A stretch of 64,000 bases of DNA from assembly GCA_963804995.1 (NCBI GenBank), contig CAWDSK010000005.1, positions 352,001 to 416,000 on the forward strand, in the 5' to 3' direction. Below are positions 1 to 8,562 of this stretch, in pieces. The notes below the pieces were generated by a model. It searched no databases, was not told the origin of the DNA, and saw nothing but the letters and a program-made list of their open reading frames with translations. A program made the translations under genes and the position numbers. Position 1 is the stretch's first letter; the number at the start of each line of letters is the position of its first letter. Source of the DNA: an uncultured Acidobacteriota bacterium. Its GTDB lineage: Bacteria > Acidobacteriota > Terriglobia > UBA7540.

Positions 1-326
1 CACAGATGCAAGTGGACTCGCGCCCGTTCAGCCACCTCGCGCGTATCGCTTTTTACCAGCTTTTCGAAAATCTCTGCCGCCTTGCGATAATTGTGTTTTT
101 GAAACGCCCGCACGGCGAGTTCGAAATTCTTAATCAGTGCTATGTATTGGGTGTCGATATGCCGCTTCTCTGGATTGACGGGGCGCAGGCGTTTGCTCCG
201 AGCCTTGGCCCTGGAAATAGAGGTTGTCCGGGCGGGTGCGCGGTCACGTGATCTGGCCCCGGGGCGGGACGCGCTCCGGGATTGCACGCGAGTTATTCGG
301 GATGTCGACTTCCGCGAAGTTGCCAA
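1..326 (-). CDS. Tetratricopeptide-repeat-like protein, N-terminal part (runs off the window)
   Basis: Not in the ORF track. Hand translation from TTG at 326 (purine-rich RBS GAGAGGGA upstream) gives a basic N-terminus followed by the helical TPR-like segment KNFELAVRAFQKHNYRKAAEIFEKLVKSDTREVAERARVHLHL, open to the window edge. Confidence 0.6.
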   Translation of the reverse strand, partial: MATSRKSTSRITRVQSRSASRPGARSRDRAPARTTSISRAKARSKRLRPVNPEKRHIDTQYIALIKNFELAVRAFQKHNYRKAAEIFEKLVKSDTREVAERARVHLHL

Positions 327-643
327 GGTGTCCCTCTCTTTTGTTAAGCTACCTCTTTTCAATAACTTAGGCAATTTGTGGGGGTGCCCAGGAAAGCCAC
401 CATCCAAACTGTCTAAGGTATGTATAACAAATATTGGTAGTTGGAGTCAAATCGTCATTTTCGTCCGGGAATTCACCAGGTTTGTGGCCATCTTCCCAGT
501 GGTTTTCTTTGGGAGTCGAAGTCCTGATGGAATAACGCCATTTTGTTCGTCTATGAAAAATAGAAATCCATATTAAAGGTGACTCGGACCTCCGCGAATC
601 GGTCCTCTATTGGTAACAAATGGGGACTATGGCCGCAGCAACC

Positions 644-793
644 GTAGCGCGGTCCCCCGTTTTTTGGGGCCCGCGGTTCTTCATATGAAAAATCCGCAAA
701 TCTAGGCCATGGGCGGCCGCTTCTTCGCCAGGATAAGTTCGCTCAAATGGCAAAGGAAGAACCGCGGACCTCAACAGCGGAGGTCCGCGCGAC
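644..793 (+). repeat. REP-doublet element family A, copy 1
   Basis: GTAGCGCGGTCCCCCG-T-run-GGGGCCCGCGG left hairpin, conserved core, right hairpin CGCGGACCTCAACAGCGGAGGTCCGCG. Matches five other copies in the window. Confidence 0.9.
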
Positions 794-799
794 TCTCGC

Positions 800-1360
800 T
801 CATTTCCGATTGGCTTTGCGTAGGGCGTCTATAAAATCTGGCGAGAATCCCCTCTTGGCAAGAATTGAGAGGATAAAGTCGCTCTTGCCTTCTATGTAGC
901 TCGCAATGTCATGGGGGAACTCTCGGGCCAGCTTCGTTTTGAGGGCAGAGTATGTTGCAACATCTGACGGGTGGGCGCGCAGGTGGTCACGCAGCGCCAA
1001 GTGGTTGCGCAGCGCGAGACTTTCAGTCGGGCAAACGTAAAGATGGTGCGCCGGACTCCCGGGCGGATTGTCAAACGCTTCCCGGTCTTGAACCCCCAAA
1101 TCTCCGACGTGCGTATATCCGAGCTTCGCCAAGCGCGTCACGGCGAGCGGAATTTCCTGCCGCGAAGGGACGACGATGTCGATGTCGATGACGGGTTTGG
1201 CCGCCAGGCCCGGGACGGAGGTGCTTCCTACGTGCTCAATCCCCATGGCGAAATCACTGACACTCGGCCAGATACGTTCGCGCAGCCCGACAAAGAGATC
1301 CGGCCACTCTGGATCGTAGTCCACCACCTGAATGGTGCGAAGGGAGGTCGGCTGTTGCAC
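800..1360 (-). CDS. GrpB family protein (nucleotidyltransferase-like, UPF0157)
   Basis: Motifs VVDYDPEWP, IEHVGSTSVPGLAAKPVIDID, HHLYV, LRDHLRAHP, Y..LK..LA, YIEGKSDFI. Confidence 0.9.
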   Translation of the reverse strand: MQQPTSLRTIQVVDYDPEWPDLFVGLRERIWPSVSDFAMGIEHVGSTSVPGLAAKPVIDIDIVVPSRQEIPLAVTRLAKLGYTHVGDLGVQDREAFDNPPGSPAHHLYVCPTESLALRNHLALRDHLRAHPSDVATYSALKTKLAREFPHDIASYIEGKSDFILSILAKRGFSPDFIDALRKANRK

Positions 1361-1401
1361 GTCCTGAGGTTACCCCGGCGACGCAAGCTTGGTCAACCTG
1401 C

Positions 1402-1510
1402 GGTAGTGGGTCATTTTGCTGTAGAGGCGATCTCTGATCGACGAATTCACTGATTCTAAAAACCGGCGGTCGGAGACCGCTGCTACAACAATCCAAATTG
1501 ACCCACTACC
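1402..1510. mobile_element. MITE with 17-bp TIRs and 8-bp TSD enclosing a GTAG-REP doublet
   Basis: TIRs GGTAGTGGGTCATTTTG (1402-1418) and CAAATTGACCCACTACC (1494-1510). Direct repeat CAACCTGC at 1394-1401 and 1511-1518. Internal GTAG...CTAC palindrome pair at 1421-1486. GGnnnTG ends with an 8-bp TSD resemble IS1-family ends. Confidence 0.8.
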
Positions 1511-1530
1511 CAACCTGCAGTGTAGCACGC

Positions 1531-1683
1531 GTAGCGCGGTCCCCGTATTTGGGATCCGCGGTGCTTCATATGAAAGATCCACAAATCCTAAACCCGGGCG
1601 GCCACCCCACGCTGGTTTCTTCGCCACGGTACCTTCGCTCAGGGGGCGCACGAAGAACCGCGGACCTCAACGGCGGAGGTCCG
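1531..1683 (+). repeat. REP-doublet element family A, copy 2, interrupted by the group II intron (its last 6 bp, CGCTAC, lie at 3597-3602)
   Basis: Begins GTAGCGCGGTCCCCG and ends CGGACCTCAACGGCGGAGGTCCG at 1683. The terminal CGCTAC seen in intact copies follows the intron 3' end. Confidence 0.9.
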
Positions 1684-2085
1684 GTGCGCCGGGATAAACC
1701 GGCAGAAAGCAGAGAATGAAAATTTCTCACGAGGAAGGAGCAGCGATCCACTCGGCCCCGAGTTTTGCGCTGGGCGTCGTGAGGCGCACGGTGAAGCGTA
1801 AACAGGGGAATAGGTGGGCTGGGTATTGAGCTTCGAAAATGTCCAATCAGGACGCCGACGTTTTCAGACTAAACGGAAGGCAACATGAGGCCGGGACGCC
1901 AACGCGAGTTCCGGCACAGTCCTGCGTAGTCGTAGACCCCAGACACGCCTAGACACTTTCTGCACGAGAACCGGGAGACCTCGGAGGCGCCGGCCGCCGT
2001 AGATCGTGGCCGGACGGCGGGAAAAGGCGATGGCCGTACAGCCCGCCTGCACGCTTTCGAGGAGTCGGACAGCGGAACAGTACCG

Positions 2086-3522
2086 ATGAATCATTTGAAC
2101 AAAGACGGGAAGCCGTTGGCGGAGAATGAGGAGGGAAGGCCGCTGATCAAGGAGAACACCCGTTGGCCTAACACGCACCCGACACAGAGCGGGGCACGCG
2201 TGTCCCAGGGACTCGCGGGTGTGCGGAAAGCCGCGAAGGAACACAGGGAGATGAAGTTCACGGCCTTGCTCCACCACTTAACGGTCGATCTGCTGCGGGA
2301 AAGCTTTTACGCCTTGAAGCGAAAAGCTGCACCGGGAGTAGACGGCATGACGTGGCAGGAGTATGAAAGCGGGCTGGAAGGTCGACTCGTCGATCTGCAC
2401 AGCCGGGTCCACCGCGGAGCATTCCGAGCGAAGCCCTCGCGAAGGGCGTATATCCCGAAAGGCGACGGGCGGCAACGTCCGTTGGGGGTTGCGGCACTGG
2501 AGGACAAGATCGTCCAACAGGCCGTGGTCACCATCCTCAAGGCGATTTACGAGGAAGACTTTCTGGGCTTCTCGTATGGCTTTCGACCGGGATGCAGCCA
2601 GCATCAAGCGCTGGACGCGCTCTCGTACGCGCTCACGGTGAAGCACGTGAACTACGTTCTTGACGCGGACATTCGTGGATTTTTCGATTCGATATCCCAC
2701 GAATGGATGCTCAAGTTCGTGCAGCATCGCGTCGCCGACCCCCGGATTCTCCGGCTCATCCAGAAATGGCTGAAAGCCGGGGTGAGGGAGGAAGGCGAAT
2801 GGTCGGAGACGGAGATGGGTACGCCACAAGGGGCGGTGGTCTCGCCCCTGCTGGCGAATATCTATCTGCACTACGTCTTTGACCTGTGGGTGCAGGCGTG
2901 GCGCAAGAAGCACGCCCGGGGAGACGTGGTCGTGGTGCGGTATGCCGACGATACGGTCCTTGGATTCCAATCGCAGACGGAAGCCGACCGCTTTCTGGAG
3001 GATTTCCGGGAGCGGGTGGGGAAGTTTGGATTGGAACTGCATCCTGACAAAACGCGCCGGATCGAGTTCGGGCCGTTTGCCGAACTTTACCGGAAACGGA
3101 GAGGAGAAGGTAAGCCGGAGACGTTCGACTTTCTGGGCTTCACGCATATCAGCGGGAAGAACCGGAGGGGGCAATTTACCGTGAAGCGGAAGACGATCAG
3201 CAAGCGCCTGCGGGGGAAGTTGCAGGAACTCAAGCAACAACTCCGGCAGCGTCGGCACGATCCCATCGCGGATACGGGTAAATGGCTCCGGTCGGTCGTG
3301 CAAGGCTACTTCAACTATCACGCGGTACCGGGAAACCTCGACCGCCTGCGAATCTTTCGGGAACGGTTGACCCGACTGTGGCGAACACAACTGCGTCAAC
3401 GCAGTCAACGCCACCGCCTCAACTGGGACCGACTGGGGAAGCTTGCGGCCTGCTGGTTGCCTGCTCCGCACGTTGTGCATCCTTGGCCATCCCAACGGTT
3501 CGCCGCCACACATCCGAGATAA
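2086..3522 (+). CDS. ltrA: Group II intron reverse transcriptase/maturase
   Basis: KFTALLHH, AAPGVDG, RRAYIPKGDGRQRPLG, FSYGFRPG, DADIRGFFD, GTPQGAVVSPLLANIYL, VRYADD, FDFLGF and an X domain. No C-terminal HNH domain. Confidence 0.97.
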   Translation: MNHLNKDGKPLAENEEGRPLIKENTRWPNTHPTQSGARVSQGLAGVRKAAKEHREMKFTALLHHLTVDLLRESFYALKRKAAPGVDGMTWQEYESGLEGRLVDLHSRVHRGAFRAKPSRRAYIPKGDGRQRPLGVAALEDKIVQQAVVTILKAIYEEDFLGFSYGFRPGCSQHQALDALSYALTVKHVNYVLDADIRGFFDSISHEWMLKFVQHRVADPRILRLIQKWLKAGVREEGEWSETEMGTPQGAVVSPLLANIYLHYVFDLWVQAWRKKHARGDVVVVRYADDTVLGFQSQTEADRFLEDFRERVGKFGLELHPDKTRRIEFGPFAELYRKRRGEGKPETFDFLGFTHISGKNRRGQFTVKRKTISKRLRGKLQELKQQLRQRRHDPIADTGKWLRSVVQGYFNYHAVPGNLDRLRIFRERLTRLWRTQLRQRSQRHRLNWDRLGKLAACWLPAPHVVHPWPSQRFAATHPR

Positions 3523-3596
3523 GAGCCGTATGCGCTAACCAGCGCACGTACGGATCCGTGCGGGGGGTACCGGGTAACCGGTATCCCTACCGCAAC
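3523..3596 (+). ncRNA. Group II intron catalytic domains V and VI
   Basis: AGC triad hairpin, then the GGGGGTACCGGGTAACCGGTATCCCTACCGCAAC stem with bulged A and AAC terminus. Confidence 0.9.
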
Positions 3597-3655
3597 CGCT
3601 ACCTTGGCTGGTCGTGCGGGAAGGATTGTGCGCGCTCATTAATCGGCGCGCCAAT

Positions 3656-3787
3656 ATGAAGGTGGTCGCCGATGTGGAAGGGACTGTCAAAGTTCACGTG
3701 AATCATATTCTGGACAAGTTGGGAGTCAACGGGCGTACCGCGGCCATTGTCGCAGCATTAGAACGTGCCCTCCTGCATCTCCGGTAA
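3656..3787 (+). pseudogene. C-terminal fragment of a LuxR/NarL-type HTH response regulator
   Basis: Hand translation EGTVKVHVNHILDKLGVNGRTAAIVAALERALLHLR*. Receiver domain and first HTH helices are absent. Confidence 0.75.
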
Positions 3788-3997
3788 ACGGGGTGTGCCC
3801 CTAGGTTTCCAACCGCCGCGGTTCGGAACCAGAAGTTGAGGGAGAGTGAGGGGGCGGCACCCTATGTCGAAGGTTATAGTGCCTTTATATCCTTGGGGCT
3901 AGTTCTCCATAGGTCTTCAGTCCAATTGATTATTACCTGCCTGTCGGCAAACAATAGGCACAATTGATATGCATTTCATATTGTTTAGGAGTTACCT

Positions 3998-4381
3998 ATG
4001 CGCCTTTCTACCTCTTGCCGAAGAGTCTTTTCTTCCGAGGACAAAAACGCTATCCGGAACGTCTTCACGTACCTGCGTTACGACCCGAACGACTCCATCG
4101 TGTCCGGACGAAACACCAAGGAACTCGGTGATATCCCTCACGACAGCTTCGACCGCGTGCTCTTCAATCTCTTCTGTGACGTTGAGCCCCCCAAACCCGG
4201 GTCCTCCAAAGTGACACAACTCCAGGGTATCTTGGTCGGGAGGGTCCTGGTTGTGGCAGGGGAAGTGCCCGACATCGACACACTTAATAATATCGAGCGA
4301 CGCTCTCAATCGCGACCATCACCCTTGGGTGTGGTCAGGGGGTTCTATGAGCGCCTATGTGCTTTCCCTTATAGCGGGTAG
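3998..4381 (+). CDS. Hypothetical protein, possibly a degenerate receiver-like domain
   Basis: 127-aa ORF after an AT-rich promoter-like stretch with RBS AGGAG. The pattern RVFSSEDKNAIRNV...SFDRVLFNL...RVLVVAGE loosely follows CheY-like topology. Confidence 0.4.
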   Translation: MRLSTSCRRVFSSEDKNAIRNVFTYLRYDPNDSIVSGRNTKELGDIPHDSFDRVLFNLFCDVEPPKPGSSKVTQLQGILVGRVLVVAGEVPDIDTLNNIERRSQSRPSPLGVVRGFYERLCAFPYSG

Positions 4382-4455
4382 CCTGTCCTTTGGAAAACCC
4401 GCAAATCTCAAGTACCGGGGAACGTCAGCGGGCACGAAGAGTCGCGACCAGGTTC

Positions 4456-4606
4456 GTAGCGCGGTCCCCCGTTTTTTGATGGTCCGCGGCCCTTCAATTC
4501 AAAAATCCACAAATCCTAATTACGTGCGGCGGTTTCTTCGCCACAATACGTTCGCTCACGGGGCGCACGAAGAACCCCGGACCTCAACGGCGGAGGTCCG
4601 CGCTAC
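4456..4606 (+). repeat. REP-doublet element family A, copy 3 (intact; degenerate fragment just upstream at about 4390-4450)
   Basis: GTAGCGCGGTCCCCCG...GGACCTCAACGGCGGAGGTCCGCGCTAC. Confidence 0.9.
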
Positions 4607-4634
4607 ACTTCTTTCCGATTACGTGGCGGATTAA

Positions 4635-6341
4635 TCAGCGGGAACTAGGGTGACCCGCACCCGCTCCAGCGGGTGCAGCAGCCGGTGCGCCGTAAGAACG
4701 CGCCCCACAGCGCGTAGGGTTGCGCAGAAAATCTTCCAGCCAATCTGCGGAAACCACGCTGCCTTCCCAGGTCAGGTCGCGCGCTATAAATCCCTCTACT
4801 CCCTTATTGGGATGGCAACTGAAGCAACGCATATCGTTGATATTCTGGCTGGCGCGCCCCAGGGGTTTGGCGAGTGGTGCGGAAACGAAACGAAAAGCCG
4901 CAGGCTGCGTCTGCGCGCGGTCAGTAAGCGCCAGCAGCGCAGTCGCGAGCGCATCGATCTGCTCGTCTGTAACCTTGAAGCGTGGCATCTTGAGGGTAGG
5001 CGCGAAGGCGCGCGGGTTGCGAATCTTGTCGGCAATATAATTCGGCAGGGTGTGAGGCACGCCGGGGGCAAAAGCAATCTGGATTAGCGGCCTGCTGCCC
5101 ACGCGGCTCAGTTCCGGCGCAAACCCTTCCGGCTTCTTGATGCCGTTAATTTCGTGGCAGGAGGCGCATCCACGTTCCATTACCAATATTCGTCCATGGG
5201 CGATCTGGCTCGGGGTGGCTTCGGGGAGACGCACTTTGACTGGGAAATTGGGGTCGGTCCTGGATTCCAGGTATGCCTTCAAGTAGGCAATCTGCTCCGC
5301 CTTGAAACGGTAGTGCGGCATGGTGGTGGCAGGATTGTAAGCCGTGGGATCGCTCACCCACGATTCAATCCAGGACGCCTTGGCTTTTGAGCCGATGTGG
5401 GTCACGTCAGGCCCCATGTTGCGCCGCGCCAACTGGCCGGTAACGCTTTGGATGGTGTTGCGCAGGGCATGGCAGGATGCGCAAAACGCTTCACCATAAA
5501 TTTTTGCGCCCTCTTCGATCGCTTCCGGCCCTTGAACTTTTGGCACTCCCGGGGGATTCGCCAGGGGCGTGCTCTGTGCGATCAGGAAAGCCGAAAGGTC
5601 CAGCGCATCCGCATCGCTGAGCAGAAGATTGGGCATGGTGGCGGTATCGGAATAAGCCTGCGGATTTTTGATCCAGGCGTAGATCCATTCCCGCGTGGTC
5701 TTGTCGGCAACGTGCAGGAGCGGGGGAGGACTATCGGTTCCGGCCAGCGTGGTGCCGTCCGGCTGCTTCACCACGTGGCAATGCACACAGCCATTCTGGG
5801 CCAGCAGCAGTCGCCCCAGGTTCAATCGAGGCGTACCGGGCAAGGCTGCGAGGTGACACTGGCCGCAGGAGGCTTCCAGATACTTCGCGGGGAGTAGCGG
5901 CTGGTCCCATCCAGGCGTTCTGCCATGCGCAGCATCGACTGTGGTGGCGCTACCTTGTCCGCGGTGGCAAGCGACACAACCGAATTCCGTGAGCGTGTGG
6001 GGAATCGGCGGGTGGGGCCGAAAGGGCTCAGCCGAGGCATTTGCCAGGCTGGTTTCCTGAAGCGCCACATGGCAGGTGGTGCAGCGGTCAACAACGTCCT
6101 GCTCCGGCAACCAGATTTGCTGGAGTCCCTTTTGGAAATGCTTCTGCAACTCTGCTGAATCGGGGCGTCCTCGCACCAGGCGCAGGTATTGGTCTTGATA
6201 AACCCGCCAGGGGCTGAAGAGGTCTTTGACAGCGCCCACGGCAAAAGCCACTAGAAGCAGGAGGCTGACGGAACCAAAGGCGCGCGCGCTGTCGCCGAAG
6301 AATAAACGCCCAAGCGCACTGAGTTGTTGCCGGATTTTCAC
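4635..6341 (-). CDS. Membrane-anchored multiheme cytochrome c (7 CxxCH), C-terminus apparently truncated
   Basis: N-terminal TM helix; CTTCH, CVACH, CGQCH, CVHCH, CASCH, CASCH, CFSCH; repeated W..NP...MP class I cytochrome modules. Confidence 0.9.
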   Translation of the reverse strand: MKIRQQLSALGRLFFGDSARAFGSVSLLLLVAFAVGAVKDLFSPWRVYQDQYLRLVRGRPDSAELQKHFQKGLQQIWLPEQDVVDRCTTCHVALQETSLANASAEPFRPHPPIPHTLTEFGCVACHRGQGSATTVDAAHGRTPGWDQPLLPAKYLEASCGQCHLAALPGTPRLNLGRLLLAQNGCVHCHVVKQPDGTTLAGTDSPPPLLHVADKTTREWIYAWIKNPQAYSDTATMPNLLLSDADALDLSAFLIAQSTPLANPPGVPKVQGPEAIEEGAKIYGEAFCASCHALRNTIQSVTGQLARRNMGPDVTHIGSKAKASWIESWVSDPTAYNPATTMPHYRFKAEQIAYLKAYLESRTDPNFPVKVRLPEATPSQIAHGRILVMERGCASCHEINGIKKPEGFAPELSRVGSRPLIQIAFAPGVPHTLPNYIADKIRNPRAFAPTLKMPRFKVTDEQIDALATALLALTDRAQTQPAAFRFVSAPLAKPLGRASQNINDMRCFSCHPNKGVEGFIARDLTWEGSVVSADWLEDFLRNPTRCGARSYGAPAAAPAGAGAGHPSSR

Positions 6342-7040
6342 TCAACTCCTCCAGGGCCAGACCCAGGACCAGTCCGGGCCACGGAAAAATGTGCCGATGG
6401 CAGTGAGCACCGCAAGTTGCACCAGAAACCACGTCATGATCCAGAACGATAGCGGTTTCGAAGCGAGCCACCGCTCGAAGCCCGATGCAGGGGACTCCAC
6501 CGAACCCGCCGCATGGAGCATGAAGCCCGCAATCACCAGGGTCGGCACCAGCACGGGAAAGGCTTGGAACACCAAAAGAAGCACGGAGAGCACTACAAGT
6601 ACCCCTCCCAGAATGCGCACACGCCGAGCCTTATCGCGCGCCCAAAGGCCTTCACCGCGAAGATTGACAGCGAAGTAGGGAAGGACGATCAAGGCTACGA
6701 TCACCAGACCGGGGATGAGTACGCCAGCGACCACGGGAGGGAAATAATGCAGAAGTTCCTGCAAACCCAGGAAGTACCAGGGAGCTTTCGCGGGGTTCGG
6801 AGTGTGCAAGGGGTCGGCGAGCTGCTCGAGCGGCGCGTTCCAGAGGAGCGAAATCGCGACTAGAACGATGACCAGGATTTCGATCGCCACGCTGAGGCGA
6901 AAAAACGCCTCGGGATAAGTCATCATTTCCGGTTCGGCTTCCGTCTTGACGGCGGTCGAGGTGCGCGGCGTGAGGAAGACCACCCGCATCGGGGCTTTAC
7001 GTGCGTCGGAATCGATCTCAGCCTTGAACTGCTTGCTCAT
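6342..7040 (-). CDS. Cytochrome b C-terminal part (subunit IV/PetD-like) with extra TM helices
   Basis: Start reassigned to ATG 7040 (MSKQFKAE), overlapping the upstream stop. [29 protein letters not shown] and [15 protein letters not shown]. Confidence 0.88.
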   Translation of the reverse strand: MSKQFKAEIDSDARKAPMRVVFLTPRTSTAVKTEAEPEMMTYPEAFFRLSVAIEILVIVLVAISLLWNAPLEQLADPLHTPNPAKAPWYFLGLQELLHYFPPVVAGVLIPGLVIVALIVLPYFAVNLRGEGLWARDKARRVRILGGVLVVLSVLLLVFQAFPVLVPTLVIAGFMLHAAGSVESPASGFERWLASKPLSFWIMTWFLVQLAVLTAIGTFFRGPDWSWVWPWRS

Positions 7041-7753
7041 TCTGGATCGCTCCTCTCCAGGTACAACCCGCCGTCTTTGCGAATCCGCCAGAAATGAATG
7101 GCGATGAAGACTACCGCCGCCAAGGGCAGGATGAAGCAATGCAGGACGTAAAACCGCAGCAGGGCATTGGAGTTCACCACGTTTCCGCCCAACAGCAGAA
7201 ATCGGAGCTTGCTGCCGACCAGCGGAACGGATGAGGCTAGGCTGGTCCCTACCGTCACGGCCCAGAAGGCCAATTGATCCCAGGGCAGCAGGTATCCCGT
7301 GTAGCTGAGCAGCAGGGTGGTGACCAGGAGCATGACACCAACCACCCAATTGAATTCGCGAGGGGGCCGATAAGCGCCGCGATAGAAAACCTTCGCCATG
7401 TGGGCAAACACCAGGAAAACCATGGCGTGCGCTGACCAGCGGTGCAGATTGCGCAGAAACATTCCCGCGGCGACGACGAACTCAATATCCTTCATGTCGG
7501 CGTAAGCCTGCGGGACCGAGGGGTGGTAATAGAGCATCAACGGGATTCCGGTGATTACCAGAACCAGGAAGGTCCCGAAGGTGAGCGCGCCCAGATACCA
7601 CGTAACGCCGAAATCCAGCGCGCGCCGCCGCACCTTGGTGGAAAACAGGTGAAGGAAAACGTTTTGCTGGATCACCAGCGCGCTGTGGAGATCGCCGGGG
7701 CCGCTACCACTGCGGAAGATTGAACGCCCAAACCTGGTTTCGCGCAGATTCAT
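7037..7753 (-). CDS. Cytochrome b N-terminal part (cytochrome b6-like)
   Basis: [51 protein letters not shown] and [13 protein letters not shown]...[10 protein letters not shown] supply the four heme-ligand histidines. Confidence 0.95.
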   Translation of the reverse strand: MNLRETRFGRSIFRSGSGPGDLHSALVIQQNVFLHLFSTKVRRRALDFGVTWYLGALTFGTFLVLVITGIPLMLYYHPSVPQAYADMKDIEFVVAAGMFLRNLHRWSAHAMVFLVFAHMAKVFYRGAYRPPREFNWVVGVMLLVTTLLLSYTGYLLPWDQLAFWAVTVGTSLASSVPLVGSKLRFLLLGGNVVNSNALLRFYVLHCFILPLAAVVFIAIHFWRIRKDGGLYLERSDPE

Positions 7754-7814
7754 AAAATTAGTACCGCGTCTTCTTGGTCACCTTGTCAGCACCACCCCTT
7801 TATTTCTTGCTCAA

Positions 7815-7963
7815 CACCACCCCGTCGCCCGGCCCCGATAATCAATTTGGAAAAAACGCGCTATCGGGGCTCGGCGCGCCACCCCTCCTCATCTGAGGAG
7901 GGGAGTTCCGTAAAGGCTCCCCTCCTGATTTAGGAGGGGTGGCGCTCAGAGCGCCGGGGTGGT
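7815..7963. repeat. Palindromic repeat family B, copy 1
   Basis: CACCACCCCGTCGC...CCCCTCCTCATCTGAGGAGGGG...CCCCTCCTGATTTAGGAGGGGTGGCGC...GCGCCGGGGTGGT. Second copy at 30557-30663. Confidence 0.85.
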
Positions 7964-8070
7964 TACCGGTGGCTCCTTAAGCGCCGAGGTGGTTATGCCC
8001 TTCGGCGCCTGCGCCTATCCCGACTTTGCCGGGACTCGCAAAAGGCGCTCGCTGCTTTCCACTTTCCATC

Positions 8071-8556
8071 TCAGACCTTCACGTACCGTTTTCCCGATAG
8101 GAGGATGGAGCGGTCAACCATCAGATCGCCCTGGTCGCTTAGCCACATCTGAAGCCACGGCAAGGGCGCCGCCGCTGGGCCCGCGATCTTGGTTCCCTCA
8201 CGCGTAAACTGGCTGCCATGGCACGGGCAGGCGATGACTCCGAGTTCGGGCTTCCAGACGGTCACACAGGCCAGGTGACTGCACACCGCCCTGACCGCAA
8301 AGAGGCCTTCCTTTTCGTGCACCACATAGATGGCGGCTGCCGGGTCAAACGTCACCGAATCCGCGGGGTAATGGTCGGGCTTGCCGGCGTTCACGATGGG
8401 TGACGGCTCGTAGAGTACGCTCGGTGAAAGAAACTTGTAGGCGAGCACCGCCGTGCCCAGGCTCGAGACCGCGACGGACGTCAGGCCGACTCGGATGAAA
8501 AATTGGCGGCGTCCTATTTCAGTCTGTGACTCGGGCTTCTTTTCATCTTCGAACAT
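8071..8556 (-). CDS. Rieske 2Fe-2S subunit of a Rieske/cytochrome b complex
   Basis: Tat motif GRRQFF plus TM helix; CSHLAC and CPCHGSQF; GPAAAPL. Confidence 0.95.
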   Translation of the reverse strand: MFEDEKKPESQTEIGRRQFFIRVGLTSVAVSSLGTAVLAYKFLSPSVLYEPSPIVNAGKPDHYPADSVTFDPAAAIYVVHEKEGLFAVRAVCSHLACVTVWKPELGVIACPCHGSQFTREGTKIAGPAAAPLPWLQMWLSDQGDLMVDRSILLSGKRYVKV

Positions 8557-8562
8557 AGAACC

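Larger units (their letters stand above)
1684..3596 (+). mobile_element. Full-length group II intron (bacterial class E-like, no endonuclease domain)
   Basis: 5' GTGCG at 1684; RT/maturase ORF; domain V GAGCCGTATGCG...CGCACGTACGGATC (3523-3556); domain VI ending CCTACCGCAAC at 3596. Joining the exons restores an intact repeat. Confidence 0.93.

Noticed and set aside
583..606. Seventh family A copy
   Set aside because: Only a short CGGACCTCCGC..GGTCC similarity, too little to support a call.
644..1683. Integron cassette (grpB-like gene between two repeats)
   Set aside because: The repeats have GTAG/CTAC ends, not RYYYAAC/GTTRRRY attC cores, and there is no integrase in the window.
2278..3513. 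Long antisense ORFs (also 24284-25255, 38366-39364, 42048-43268, 58685-59902)
   Set aside because: These are shadow frames of real GC-rich genes with no recognisable motifs.
2086..3522. Retron, DGR or defence RT
   Set aside because: The RT has maturase features and lies within complete group II intron RNA ends. No TR/VR pair was seen.
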